Below, piece after piece: positions 13,413 to 26,141 of a stretch of 64,000 bases of DNA (within the stretch, counting starts at the first letter, position 1; each line of letters starts with the position of its first letter). The DNA comes from Paecilomyces variotii (taxonomy: Eukaryota). The stretch is from the NCBI GenBank assembly GCA_004022145.1, contig RCNU01000002.1. One strand, written 5' to 3'. The position numbers were made by a program, and so were the translations under genes. The notes beneath the pieces were generated by a model, which was not told the DNA's origin, did no database searches, and saw nothing but the letters and a program-made list of their open reading frames with translations.

Positions 13413-14654
13413 ATGGTCCGACACAAGAAAGACAATTTCTCGCGAGGAGGGAAGAAGTTCGCCTCCAAACCCCGCCCACGGCCATCACCCCGCGACGACG
13501 ACGGCAATGAGACAGGCAACTCCTCCAGACCTCCTTTCAAGGCAGCCTGCTGGGACTTGGGTCACTGTGATCCAAAGAGATGCTCCGGTAAAAGGCTGAT
13601 GAACTTTGGACTCATGCGGGAGCTGCAGATCGGACACAAATACCCGGGAGTTGTCATATCGTACGTTTTTTTTTTTTTTTCTTTTTCTTTTTCTTTTTTT
13701 CTTTTGCTCCGATAAACAACGGCATAGTCTAATGCTTCGTCTAATTCTCTAGTCCGAACGCGAAGCGCATTATATCTCCCGCTGATCGTGAACTTCTCGA
13801 GCAGTACGGGGCGGCGGTCGTGGAATGCTCCTGGGTTAGAGTCAAAGAAGTGCCGTGGTCACGGATCGGTGGCAAGTGCGAGAGACTGCGTATGTATACG
13901 ACATATTGGCTGCTATACCGTTGATTTCCTGACGATTTCAGTGCCCTACCTTATCGCCGCGAATACCGTTAACTACGGACGTCCATGGCGGCTCAACTGC
14001 GTCGAGGCTCTGGCAGCCTGCTTCTATATATGCGGACACGAAGATTGGGCGCAAGAAGTGTTGAAACATTTCTCTTACGGCGAGGCGTTCCTCGAGATCA
14101 ATTCTCAGCTCCTCAAACGATACGCCGCCTGTTCCAGCGAGGAAGAGGTCAAGAAAGCCGAGGAAGTGTGGTTGGAGAAGATCGAGCGCGAATACTCTGA
14201 GAGCAGGGATACCGGAGGTGCAGATGACATGTGGACTGTTGGGAATACAAATCACAGAGAAATCGTGGAATCAGATGAGGAGGGGGAAGACGACAACGAG
14301 GACGAGGATGATGAAGAGGAAGACAAGGATCCGTTTGCGATCTCTGACGATTCCGACGATGAGGAACAAATGGCTGAGATCCGGCGCAAGATCTTGAATT
14401 CCAAGGCTTTCCAGAATCCATCAGAGCCGGAGAAACCAGAGCCAGAGAAGATCGAGCGTCCTGAGACCCTGCCGGTCGATTCGGACGCTGAATCCGGAAC
14501 AGACGGTAGTGACGATGAAGCGTTTGATAACATTATCAACGCCACCGTAGTTACGGACCGGACTGGTATCATCGCGAAGCAGCAGCAGAGGAAGACCGAA
14601 GATCTGACAGCAACATTCTCAAGAACTGTGATTTCTGCCCCTAAGCGATGGTGA
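13413..14654 (+). CDS. TSR3: 18S rRNA aminocarboxypropyltransferase Tsr3, 3 exons
   Basis: WDLGHCDPKRCSGKRL, VECSW and PYLIAANTVNYGRPWRLNCVEALAA motifs; acidic tail; head-to-head with GGA. Confidence 0.95.
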
Positions 14655-15499
14655 ACGACTTACGTTTTGGCTCATATGGAAGGATTCCACCAGCATTCTC
14701 CTTTACGTCTCGTCATGGCCTCACGTTTTGGAATATCGCCTTCCTTTGCTGATGGGCATTTTCGCAGGGCAAAGATTTGCCCATTCCAGTTCCCCATCCG
14801 CACGATCACCCAGTACCATTGACCATACTTGAATCCCGTAGACGGGACACAGTGGTCAGGCGAGAATAGGGCTATCAAGTAGCCAAAATATCGGCAGTGA
14901 GTGGAGGAGACTTCGTGCCTACCATTCCCTCGCTACGGCTCTCAGCCCTTGCGGTATAATCTCCCCGTTTCTTATCCGCCGTGGAGTCAGCATAATGAGA
15001 TGCGTTACGCTCTCATCTGTTATTCCCACTCCGATTCACACGGCTAGGATCCGTCCCGTCGATGAAGATCAAGACAGAAGCGAGATACCCAGTCCTTGAA
15101 TCAAACCACAGGATACAGGAAATTACGACACGGAATACGAACATTATATTCAACCATCAAGAATACAAAAGTTTTATCCATCCATCAACAACATACATAC
15201 ATACATTATCTATATATATATTACTGTACTTTTTCCATGTACATGAAACCCCAAAACATAGCAACGTCCAAAATATATAACTAAACGCTGCTGGTTTCCT
15301 GCTCATTCCCATGCATGAATGATACCAGATTGAAAAAAGTAGAAATGTCATCGGCCAAGAGAGAAAAGCATATCTCACAATGTAACAGTCCATGAAAAAA
15401 AAAAAGTGAAAATGCGAAAGCATTCCTTCATGGTATATGCAAAAAAAATAACGCCATGCTTTTCTCACCGATTGTATTCATCATATTATACTTCCAAAA

Positions 15500-17493
15500 T
15501 TAAGCAATCGACCTCCTTCCACCAACAGCATACTTGCTCCTCCTCCTAATATGTTCTCCATACTTAAAGAAAACATACGGCACAGGAACCAGGGCCGCAC
15601 TAATCGCTCCCAGAATAGTCAAGGTATAAGCAACACCCAAGTTTTTATAAAACGGCAACGACACCTCGATCATCCCTCCCGCAGCTACGTATCGAATCAC
15701 CGTGACGGCAGCCAGGGCACTTGCGGCGTACGTCTCGTAGCTATCAATGACGTATTGGTAGCAGGAGATGAAGACGCAGATGATTCCGTAGCCGAATAGG
15801 ACGGATGCGCCCAGTGGTGACCAGGGGGAGATGTCTGGGCGGGTGGTCCAGCCCATCCAGAATAGGGAGACGGGGATGGCGGGCGCTCCCCACATGGAGA
15901 AGTAGAGGCGGACTTCGGGTCGGACGCGTGAGTGGCCTTGTTCCTGGGCGCGAGCGAGGTCTTGTTTGAGTTTCTTCATGGCGAATGGGACGAGTAGACC
16001 GCCGAGGAAAATGCCGATGGAAATACCGACGAAGCATACGCCCGTGAGGCCCTGGGAGAAGCCGTAGGTGTCTGTGAAGATGAAGGTGTAGCCGGTCAAG
16101 AAGGTGAAGAGGATGATGTAGATGACGGTGAGGTAGAGGGCGACGAGAATGATGATGGGTTCGCGCATGGTGAGGAGGAAAGGACGGTAGAGAGCATGGA
16201 GGAGTCGACGCATGAATGTCGTCTGGCGAACCTCGATGGCTGCTCGATATCTCTTGTCGCCGGTGATTCTTCGAAGATGTTGGGCTTTCCATTTGAGGAG
16301 CACGGGGCCGTATGTCTCGGGTTGGGTCAAGACCACAATGGCTAGCACCAGGCCTGAGAAGATCAGGGTGATCCATTCCACCCAGCGCCAGCTGATGAGA
16401 GAACTCTCGCCGATGAAGGATCCAGGAACCGGTCCGCAGACGGGTCCGACAAATGCACAGCAGGCGAAAATGGGAAAGGCGTATACGCGCTCGATGGGTG
16501 TCCACATATCCGACAGTGAGCCCCCGGCGCAAACCAGAGGCGTTGAACCGAACATGCCCGCGAAGAAACGGCAGACCAGCTGCGTGCCCAAGTCTTGAGC
16601 GAGGCCGGCACCCATGATGAACAGCATGTATATCGCGAGAGTCCCGATATAGACAGGGTTTCGTCCGAGGGTTTCTGAAAATGGTCCACTGACCAAAGCA
16701 CCTGTTCCGAATCCAATCAAGAAGAGTCCTAGACGGCGCATTGTTAGAATATATTCCAGATATTAAGCAAAAAAAGTTAACGGAATGACATACCTGTCGC
16801 CAATGACTCTGCGACATCGCTGACGCCGAATGCCTCCATTCCCTGCGGTAAAGCCGCGGAGTCAATGGAAGAAGCCCAACCCACGACACCACCGATGAGA
16901 GAGATGACCAGCGTGGATGTCAGACGCCGTGCAAAACTCCAGTTTCGAGGATCCATGGGGTCTTTCTCACCCTCGTAGGCGACGACAAAGACCTTTCCAG
17001 CAGCAGCTCCTCCTTCCTTGGTGGTGCGATCGCGCACTTCGATACCCGTCAACGATAACCCTAGTGTCGTGCCCATTGTCCCATGAGTTGGAATTGTCTG
17101 CAGGTCCTCTGGCCATTCTGGATCATAGACGACAGGTCCGGAGCCCGATAGTTGATCCTCGTAATCTGCCCGTTCTAGATCCCCTGCTGGTTCCATATCC
17201 AACGGAGTAGGCTGCTGGCCTTCCAGCCTACCGGACGAGCGCGACGACGCTCTTGATGGAGAGCGTCCGGCATCGCCTTCTCCCCGCTCATCTTTCTCAT
17301 CCAGTTGTTCGTCTTTGTCTTGATATTCCTCCTCCTCCTCCTCTTCTCCAAGCGTAGGAGCGTCCGAGGAGGTATCTGATGTCGGGCCTCTTTGGCGCCG
17401 CTGGCGTCTCAACTCAGCGGTGCGCTCTCGATTTCTCTCGATCTGAGCCTCGAGCTGCTTACCAAATTGGCGATATTGAAGAAACGATTGCAT
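15500..17493 (-). CDS. MFS transporter, DHA1 (drug:H+ antiporter) family, 2 exons (intron 16729-16793)
   Basis: DPMDPRNWS N-terminal motif, GPFSETLGRNPVY motif A, WRWVEW, QPETYGPVLLKWKA and PEVRL; about 12 hydrophobic segments. Confidence 0.92.
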
Positions 17494-19862
17494 GATGAAC
17501 GGCGGTGTAAATTCTCTCTACCTAGGTACAGGTACCGGGAACGGAAGCGCTCCTGGGGCGCATATACCGCGGGGGGTGTGATATACAGACAGAGATATAT
17601 CTACACGCGCGATGCGTAAAGCACCAGCTCTGACCCCCGGGGGGGGGAGAGGGGGCAACATGGCTTTTACATACTCGGAACCAGGTTCTCTTACTCTTTT
17701 TTTTTTCTTTTTTTTTTTTTTTTTCTTCTTTTTGCCCGCCGTGGATCCTGGAAGTGAAAGAAATTCGCAAGACGGAAAGATAGTTAGTTAGTTAGCTAAG
17801 ATAGATAGTGGAACTCGTGTTTCTTTGCTGTGACGAAAAGCTCAGGTTCTTTTCCATTATTTCCATACATTCAGCGGAGTCTGACCCGCTCGCTGGGTCT
17901 CTGTCAGACCAATAATGCTGTTGCTATGGATGCCACAAAGCTTGGTCGGAAAGATGTCCGACTCGACTAGCCGAAGCCATATCGTATTTCGGCTCTAGAC
18001 AACAGTGAGTAATACTATAATCCTACTACTACTACCACTGTTGACATAGTCAGTTATCTTTCCTCTCTCTCTCTCTCTGTCTTTCTCCCCTGGTGATCCA
18101 CTCATGTTCCAAGGAATACTAAGTTAACTTAGTCTAGGTTATAACTAGATTGCGAGTCAGTGTCATTGTTTATCTATCGTGCCCAGACCATGCGGATCCT
18201 CCCAGACCGCTCTGCGTCCAGACATTCTGACATGACATATGGTAAATATTTAGCGGCTTGGTGATCATCCCGTCTCGAGAATCTTCGATTCTTCCTCGCA
18301 GAGAAGAAGAAGAAGGGGTTCAAAAGTTCAAGGACAAAGAAAGAGTCATGCTGCTACTCGAGGGGACAAATTCATCATTCTCTCGAGTCCCGAGAACAAC
18401 CCCAAGAGTATCGCGATATTCAGCAATAACCAGTTATAGTTAGATACTCTAGATAGGGCACGCATGGTTGGAGTCTTGAGACGATCTCGGCTAAGCGGAC
18501 CCCCGGCGTAGGGTAAAAATCCAGACGGGGTAAACAACGAACTACTAGTAACTTGTAAGCCATGGGCTCTCGCTCAGAAAGCCGTCCATCCATGGAACTT
18601 GAACGCCATTCCTGATTATCAATCATGCTCGTCTCGACCTTAACTTACTAGGACGCACAACATAAGTTCAAGATACAATAGATACTAGACATCAATCCCT
18701 GTATCTTGTCACATCTACCTGGAGTTAGTTAACTCTCGATGTTTTCGTGATAATTATCCTCGTAATAATGTTTACTGTGCTGATATTACTCGGTTTGTGT
18801 GATTGTGATTGTGGTGATTATACTTCAAGTGTGGGATGGGATGGATTATCGGATAATCGGCCCGCTAGAGTTGATGGGATCTGCATCATCATCATCATCA
18901 ACTTCTCGGCTACTCCCGAGCTTGGTCTTTCTTCTCTTCCTTGATCCTTGCCCCAAGTACGGAGTACTCTGCGAATATGTAGCTGATATGTATTATAGTA
19001 CAGTTATTTTACGGTGTGGAAATACCACACTAGATAAGCATCGCTATGGAGATACGAATTATCATTAAATTAAATTAAATTACCCTAGTCTAATGGAATG
19101 GATGATTTCTATACGGAGTATACTCCGTAACCGTGCGTTGGGCACCCGGATAGCTGATAGGTATCCCTTGGGCTGGAAAAAAACAAGCAAGGCTACCCCA
19201 GCGTCAAGAGACTAAGTGGATTAGTGTCGTCTTGGCGCCGATTCCCAATTTCGATTTCGATTTTTTGATGTCCGTATCACATAACAGGGATCTAGAATAC
19301 TGTAGGTATAGTCTAGTTCCCGGGTTTAGACTGTCTTTCGATAGATGCGCATAGAGAGACGGATGCTGATGCTGGTCCATCCGCATGATCCCCTATATCG
19401 TGTGGGTTCGAGCTTCGTCACGGATCACTATCATAAAGATCGAGAAGAGAGTCACGAATTACTATTTTCTGAATTCGCATGGAAACTGAACTGCAGACAC
19501 CAATCATTTCAGATAGCAATATCATCCCATTTTGTTACCCCACCCAGTCGACATTAATTTGCATTTCATGAACCGTATCACTCCTCGAAACAAGAGGCCA
19601 GGCAATCAGGCTCGATGCCATAACTGCCTGCCGAGGAAAAGAAGAGAGAATCGCTTTCAAAAAAGAACAACGTCCAAAACCAGGCTGAAGCTGGTAACAG
19701 TCACGCAGTGCACCAAAGGGAGAACATAACAAAATTACAGACTGGCCAGCATGTCGAGATGAAAGGAAAGAAACGGGATCGGAAAGTGACCGGCTGGACA
19801 ACAGATCAAAAGCGAAAAAGAAAAAGTCGTTCCGATCATGGCAGATATGTACCGCAGCTCGT

Positions 19863-21462
19863 TTACATCACGTAGAGGAGGTTCACATCTACGGTCTCAC
19901 GTCAGGACGGGTCACCCACAGTGGAGGAGAGAGGACGGCTTACCCAGAGGGTGACTACTGCTCAGCTGGGGCTTTTGGGAGTACTTGGTCGCCAACTCGT
20001 CTCGGATGCTGTTCAACAGCTGCACGTAGCTCTGCTGAGGGTTCTTCTTCAGAGCATTGATGAAGGCCCACGACATGGCACCGGTGGCCTGGCCCGCGAT
20101 GTTCGCATCTTGGCTGGTTTGGTCGTCTCTGCTGCCAGACCACATGACAACATCCGCCGGACTCGTCTTGGTCATCTTCGTCTTCTCGTATGCCTCGTCA
20201 CCCCTCGTAGCCTTTTTGAGGAAACCAACAGCGGTCGAGACCATGCCACCCATATCTCCACGAGCGTATGCGGAAACGACACCGAGCAATCCCTGACCAG
20301 CTTCCTTGGCCAGGTTGGGCTCCTTGAGGACACCCTGGGTGGAATAGATGTAAGGTAGATCCAGAGCAGAACCCGAGTGGCAAGAGTCGAAAATGGCTGT
20401 GAGACGGACACCAGGCTGAAGCGACTGGACCATGATCCGGTGCATTTCATCATCGACAATGTGGCCAGCAACCCTGAAGTCCACCGGGTAGATAACTTCG
20501 TCGTATCCATCGTCCTCGTCGCCGTCCAGATCCGGCGTCTGACCACCATGGCCTGCAAACCCATCAGCAGAGGTCCTAAACATCACAGAAACATCCAAAC
20601 CCACCGGAATAATGGAAAAATAGCGAATCATTCGGCCTTGCATCCTTCACCAGCCAGTGCATCGCCCGTAGTATATTTGCTTTTGTCGGTTGGCTCATGG
20701 GATTTTGTTGGTCGTCAGTGAGGATGACCATGTCTTCTCTGGCATAACCGAAATTCTGGTTCAGATATGCCGACATGTTCTTCACATCATTGATACAACC
20801 TCTTAACTGTCCCTTCTGGCCAAAGTAGTTGATTCCAATCAGCAGCGCTTTCCTTTTGCCGGTACAGTTTGAATATTGGAAACTATAACCCTGCGGTGCT
20901 CCATTGCCAAACGAGACCGGCTGTGAGGGTGGCGGAGGAGGACCGCCATGGCGCCCGGGGGTATAGTTGTTCTGGTATGGCGCTATTCCGTAACGTCGTC
21001 AGAAATTAAACGGATATCAAGTTGCTGCCACGGGGAAGCGACTGACCTGGTGGTCCATTATACATCTGGCCTCCATTTGGCGGCGGGGCTCCGTAGGGAG
21101 GAGGACCTGGGGGAGGGCGCTAGTAGCAGACAAGTCAGCATCTTTTTTTTCCTATTCTTTTCCTTTCGATGTACAGAAAAAAAAAACATACGTTGTATCC
21201 GTTATTCTGGTAGGGAGCGGGGGAGTTCCCATAGGGCTGAGGTGACGGGGTATGTCCATAGCCGTAAGAGCCGCTGTGACTGTGACCACCTGGGCCGTAG
21301 CCTTGACCTGGATATCCGCCATAATTTTGCTGCGGAGGGCTGCACAGCGTCAGTCATCTTCGAGTCCAAAGACCTACGGTGCGTCCAAGGGAGAACTCAC
21401 GGATATTGCTGCTGCGGTGGCGGATAGCCCGGTGGGCCACCATAAGGCGGATAGTATGACAT
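19863..21462 (-). CDS. casA: Type I metacaspase, multi-exon
   Basis: P/Q/Y/G-rich prodomain ([20 protein letters not shown]), [17 protein letters not shown], catalytic HYSGHGG (split by an intron) and DSCHSG; ends [14 protein letters not shown]. CasA rather than CasB is from recalled similarity. Confidence 0.93.
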
Positions 21463-22543
21463 TGCTAAGAGGAGACCGAGGTAGTGAAGAGGATTTTCAA
21501 CAGGGTCGATCTTCTTGGATCAAGGTCGGTTTCGCCCTCAAAGAAGTAGTGATGAGAGAACGACGATAATGTGGAGGCCGCGGAAAATCGCAGTTCGTGA
21601 GAGAAGGCGGCTGGAGTCGCGGCGTGTAAACCGCGGGAGGAAGACGTAGAGTATTGTAGGTAGTTATTGGCCCGAGCTCTTAGCTAATGACTCCTCGCGG
21701 CAAGTAGAGTAGTTGAAGCGCCGCGTTCTTGATCCTCGAGTAAAGGTAAGTAATAATAATACGTTCACGGCCGAGTCCGTCAGACAGAAAGAAAAAAAAA
21801 TGATATCGTTCTTTGCCAGGCCCACTGGCAGCCACGCAGGTCTACGTTGCTGCAATCGCGATGACGACGCTGGAATGGCGCGTGAGATAATAATAGTTAA
21901 TTTAGGACCGTAGTCCCAGAGCTGCGATCTGCGAACTCTCCCGGCACTGCTGTCGAACCGCTAAAATAGGAAGCAGACTGCTCAAATAATAAGGCAGAGG
22001 ATGTGATCCAACACGAAAAGAGGGATCGAAAAGGCAGAGTTGAGCCGAACCTTGGATAGATCTTGTTCTCCGGTCTGGTTTCCGAACTTCGACTTCTTTT
22101 AAGTTCTTGGGTTCATCTCACTCCAAAATAAGATTGTACTATTTTTTTTTTATATTTTTACTTTTCCTACTACTAGATACCCCTGAGGCCTGATCTCATC
22201 GGTCTTCCCCGTCATGCCAGTTCATCCCAGTCCGTGCGGGTGGAAATTGCAAAAGAGTCCGTAGCGCCGGAAATGGTGGGGGGAGAGAAAAGCCACAGTG
22301 TGATCGATCGCCACGCACTGGGGATCGTTTTCTAGAAAGACAGACATAGACTATGAGGACAGACACGCTGGCATAGATTCATGTAGACTACCAGCCCCAT
22401 CCCATTTTGACAACATCATCCTCTGCATCTCTCGAGGCGATGACATGACCATAATATTGAGGCTGTGCTTGCATGTCGCCTGTCAAAACTTGATGATAGT
22501 TCTTTGAGCCCTGCGTCTGACACGTTTTTGAGAGTGGCTGTGC

Positions 22544-22858
22544 TAGGGGTGGTGAATTTCAGAAATTTACTTTTAATTTCATGAAATACTGCATTTCGCC
22601 CTTTTTTTTTCTTTCGAAATTCAAAACGCACAGACCAACTAGTTGGTTACACTATACCTAAAGGAGATAAGTAAGCGGTAGCCTAGATTTAACCAATAGA
22701 TTGTGCTAATTTTGGATGTCTTGAGATATTAAGTGGGTCGGAACTACCACACTAATTTATTAGCGTATTTCAAAATTTCAAAAAATCTTTTTCTTTCATT
22801 TCAAGACTTTTAATTTCATGAATTTCATGAAATTTTGAATTTCAAAATACCACCCCTA
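22544..22858. mobile_element. Putative hAT-type MITE, 315 bp
   Basis: Perfect 10-bp TIR TAGGGGTGGT...ACCACCCCTA. Flanks GGCTGTGC (left) and GG[CCG]CTGTGC (right) resemble an 8-bp TSD with a 3-bp insertion. AT-rich interior with subterminal ATTTCA(T/A)/TGAAAT repeats. Confidence 0.7.
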
Positions 22859-23601
22859 GGCCGCTGTGCTCACCTTCCGGGAGAGGATTAGTTGATCGCT
22901 GAAGAACCACTCATCTTCAGCACTCGTCCTATCGGATATACCGTCCATTGTAAATATCGATACTATCTATATGCACGATTCCGCCGGCTATTTAATCTTA
23001 TTCTATCCTGCATCTGCGTGCTGATCGTTCCACTGCGTCGGGGTCGCCTATCCTGCAGCAACTACCAGGTATGCGTCTCCGCGGAACTAGAGTATTATGT
23101 ATACTACTCTACCGATTATAGCCACTACTTGGTCGAAGCACGCCGTAATAATATCCGATTCGAGGGTCAGGCCTTGATCTGGGATAATAGGATTAGATCA
23201 GAATATGCCCAAGCAACTACCTATGTCAGGACGACTAACTATCACCGGCCCGCTGACGTAAATATATAAATAATATTATTAGAGTTTACAGAATGAACAA
23301 CGACGGCCCTCTCTGGCTAACCCGATGCTTCTTCCGCAAACGCAATTGTATATCAAATCTACGCGCAGGGTGAAGCGGGATCTATTACACGAGAAGAGCT
23401 CATGGCTTTTTATTGCACTTTTCCTGTTTGTTGCACTTTCCTGCTGCGTCTCAGTTCCCAAGATCATATATAGAAAGATTGATTTTTGGTCTCTGCAAGG
23501 AAAAGTATTACATCTCGTATCTACTTGCTTCTCCTCGTCGTCACAATCGTGAATATTCAATTCTTTCTTCACTCTCCAATGCTTTTCCCTTTTTCCCTTG
23601 T

Positions 23602-25621
23602 TCACCTTCTGGGCATACCCCGTCCGCGGCCACGGAGAGCACGCTGGGCGGCACCCGGTGGCAGACCGCGGGTGGGTGCCTGAGGCTGGGCGGATTCTTG
23701 GTTCTCTGTTTAGTTGCATCGTGTGTTAGTAGAAATATCCCCCCAAGAAGGATAAACAAAGGGGAGGGCGGGAAACATACTTATCGTCTCGTCCACACTC
23801 AGGATCAAGCACGCAGCCTCGACGGCAGCCTGGATGGCATTGACCTTGACCAAGCTGGGCTCCCACACAAAGGCTTCCATGTTGTCGCGGACACCTTCAT
23901 GGTCGAAGTCGACACCCGCCCAGGTGCTACCCTTGCGGTGCTCAACACGGAGTCTGTTCAGAATGTCGGTGGCATCGAAACCGGCGTTGTCGCAAAGCTG
24001 GCGAGGGATGACTTCCAAGGCCTTGGCAAACGCCTTAACAACAGCCTGCTGCTTGTGCGGCACGTTCTTATCAGCGTAGCGGTGAAGGTAGCTGGAGAGC
24101 TCCATCTCGCAGGCACCACCACCGGCGACGACGGTAGTGTTACGGATAGCGCGCTTGACGATCATGATGGCATCGTGTAGACTGCGCTCGACCTCGGCGA
24201 TGAACTGCTCAGCCCCACCACGGAGCACCAGGGTGCAGGTCTTCGCTCCGGGGCAGTCAGAGAAGATGTTGAATCGCTCACCACCAATCTGTCGCTCCTC
24301 GAAGGAACCGCAAGTACCGAGGTGACGATCCTGGATATCGGAGCATGTCGACTGAACCGAAGCGCCTGTGGCCTGGCACACACGTTCCATATCATCGGAT
24401 GCGACGCGACCAGCGCAGAAAATGTCCCGGTCAGCAAAGTACCTGTTCGTTGTTAGTGATCGGGAGATCGTATGTTGTGTCTAAACGGAAGCACGCACTG
24501 TGTAGCCAAGTCACCGATTGGCAGCTTGCTCAGAACAACCTTGGCTCCCGTCTTGTAGATGGCCTCCATCTTGTTGTAGATAATCTGCCACTCCGCGTCG
24601 ACAATAGCCTGGTATTCTGACACCTGCTCCACCCGGACCTCTGCGTTATCCTTCTCGCTCTTCAGTTCAAGCTCGACATTCAAGCAAACAATCTTCGGGT
24701 CCTTGAACGACTTGGGCTGTTGCTCGAAACCAGCGTAGGAGAACGTCTTCTTGAAAGCAACACCGTTAACAAACAGCGACTCCTGAAGAGCACCGCCGTT
24801 GACCTTCTTCATGCCGATAAGCTTCTCGTTAAGGTCTTCCTGATCGAGAGTAAGGACAGCATCGACAACCACTGCATCATATCATTAGCTTCTTTTTGCC
24901 CTCTCCCCAGTCCGCACGAATAGCAGATGCACGCACTCTTCGTGAAGAAATCCGAGTTCCTCTTGATCAACTTGCTGTTCATCGCAGTAGCGGCCAATTT
25001 CCGCAGAGTGTCGATCTTTTGTTCCTCACTGCCCGCTGCATCGATGATGTCTATCGCAATCTCCTTGACCTTGTTCACAGACATGGCGCTCGCTCTCCGC
25101 AAGCCCTTGATGATTGTTTGTGCACTGACTCCCTGTTCGACCAGATCACGAACCTCCTTCAAGATCTCACCAGCGAGAACAACGACAGATGTTGTTCCGT
25201 CACCCACTTCGGCATCTTGGGAACGTGCGATGTCGGTAAGAATGCGGGCGGCAGGGTGGACGATGTCCAAGAGCTTGATCCCCAACCGGTCAGCTATCGG
25301 ATGACAGATTATATGGCAAAAATAACAAATGTAAAGTACACACCTTCATCACTGTTGCTCCATCGTTGGTGATTGTCTGTTTGCCGTTGCCGTCAACAAG
25401 AAGCAAGTCGCCTCCGTATGGACCCAGTGTGCTCTTGATAGTCGATTGCACCGCAACGCAGGCGTCGATATTCGATATAATCTGACCCTTTCCCTGTGAA
25501 GCGTCGGTTCCTAGTGATTTATAGCATCAATAAATGGCCGCTTCACCGTCAAGCGGGCATGATGGTGCTACCGACCTTCCTTCAGGACCACGATGGTGGG
25601 GACTTGGCCGGAGAAGGCCAT
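23602..25621 (-). CDS. CCT7: T-complex protein 1 subunit eta, multi-exon
   Basis: [65 protein letters not shown]; ends [12 protein letters not shown]. Confidence 0.96.
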
Positions 25622-26141
25622 GGTTGTGGGATGACTGTGCCGGGTGACCCGACGGGGAGGAATACAACAGAAGAAAAGGTATTAAGTGATTGAAATGGAC
25701 GGGGGAAAAGGAGGTGTTGCAGGTTCTTTGGAGGGATCGCGGGGTCCGCCTCGACGAGCTCTGGGGTTCACGATCTCGACCAAAATTTCCCTAGAGCTCT
25801 CGAGAGCCCGCGTCGCCAAAGGACACAGCGCCAGCCAATCATCATCCGCCTTGCAACCCTACCGCTTTGGCAACGTTCACCACTAACTACACAGTATTAC
25901 TGTTGTGAAGCACATGCAGGACATTCTGAGATACTGTTTTTTTATTTTATATAGACAGATTTTTTATCAATCCTTGTTTAATGCTATTATTATCAAAATG
26001 GCAGTGGTGCACACTGACTTTTAGGAAATCCGCTCAGCGTTCAGTTAGTGACGCTGGAAAACACATCACGGCCTCATGCTCCGTGCAGATTCTATGCTTA
26101 GACGCCTTCCGAAAAAAAGACTCCCAGAACACCATGGCCCA

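Noticed and set aside
15744-16892. 382-aa alternative-frame ORF, and similar long overlapping ORFs (23413-24180, 52655-53524)
   Set aside because: Shadows of GC3-biased coding sequence; no domain features and mostly non-ATG starts.
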